A DNA stretch of 55,230 bases from a virus. Its lineage: Duplodnaviria > Caudoviricetes. The stretch covers positions 1 through 55,230 of IMG/VR virus record IMGVR_UViG_3300042397_000935; one strand, 5' to 3'. The notes beneath the pieces were generated by a model, which saw only the letters and a list, made by a program, of their open reading frames with translations, was not told the origin of the DNA and made no database searches. Below are positions 55,027 through 55,230 of the stretch, piece after piece (within the stretch, counting starts at the first letter, position 1; the number at the start of each line of letters is the position of its first letter). Position numbers and translations under genes: made by a program.

Positions 55027-55230
55027 TCATGTAGTCTCCGAAATATTAAAATGTAATGCTTTTACGTGACTGGCTTGGATCTTGCACTGCACCCATGTGT
55101 TATAGTAGTTGCCATCTAGGATTGCATCAGCATCAAAGATCATCTTTGTTTCCCAATAGTTACACTCACCACGGGTTTTGCACAGTTTTAGAATAGTACG
55201 TTTGAATTTGTCCTGGCCATAAAGTTCAAT
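55027..55230 (-). CDS. C-terminal part of a GIY-YIG/Seg-like protein (truncated by window edge)
   Basis: Manual translation: ...GQDKFKRTILKLCKTRGECNYWETKMIF...YYNTW...*. Confidence 0.6.
   Translation of the reverse strand: MELYGQDKFKRTILKLCKTRGECNYWETKMIFDADAILDGNYYNTWVQCKIQASHVKALHFNISETT

Noticed and set aside
1-55230. Stop-codon reassignment, introns or inteins
   Set aside because: Core genes are full length and tightly packed under the standard code; no interrupted genes or intein motifs were noticed

Overview
Part of a large T4-like (myovirus) phage genome, probably infecting an alphaproteobacterium. From left to right: (1) a minus-strand tail-fibre/baseplate module (collagen-like and beta-repeat fibres, DUF4815-like, gp8, gp7, gp6, gp25, short gp5, hub, gp53, gp48) interrupted by a plus-strand pair of glycosyltransferase genes, one fused to an FkbM methyltransferase; (2) a plus-strand gp4-gp2-gp54-gp26-gp51 block with two paralogous muralytic tail proteins; (3) a minus-strand gp32-gp59-gp33 block, a ~5 kb accessory island, then exonuclease, phoH, rnh, a third glycosyltransferase, glutaredoxin and speD-like genes. 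Highlights read from the sequence: a circularly permuted two-piece tmRNA gene (tag ANDNDSFADIRLAA); strong enrichment of (A/S/G)-N-x-S/T sequons in exposed tail proteins next to phage glycosyltransferases (candidate virion glycosylation system); an almost G-free small early gene; a ~240-nt hairpin-dense leader before a SleB-type hydrolase; and a recurrent TGTACA-N16/17-TAnnnT early promoter. Product calls rest on motif recognition and synteny, not database searches, and all counts are manual.
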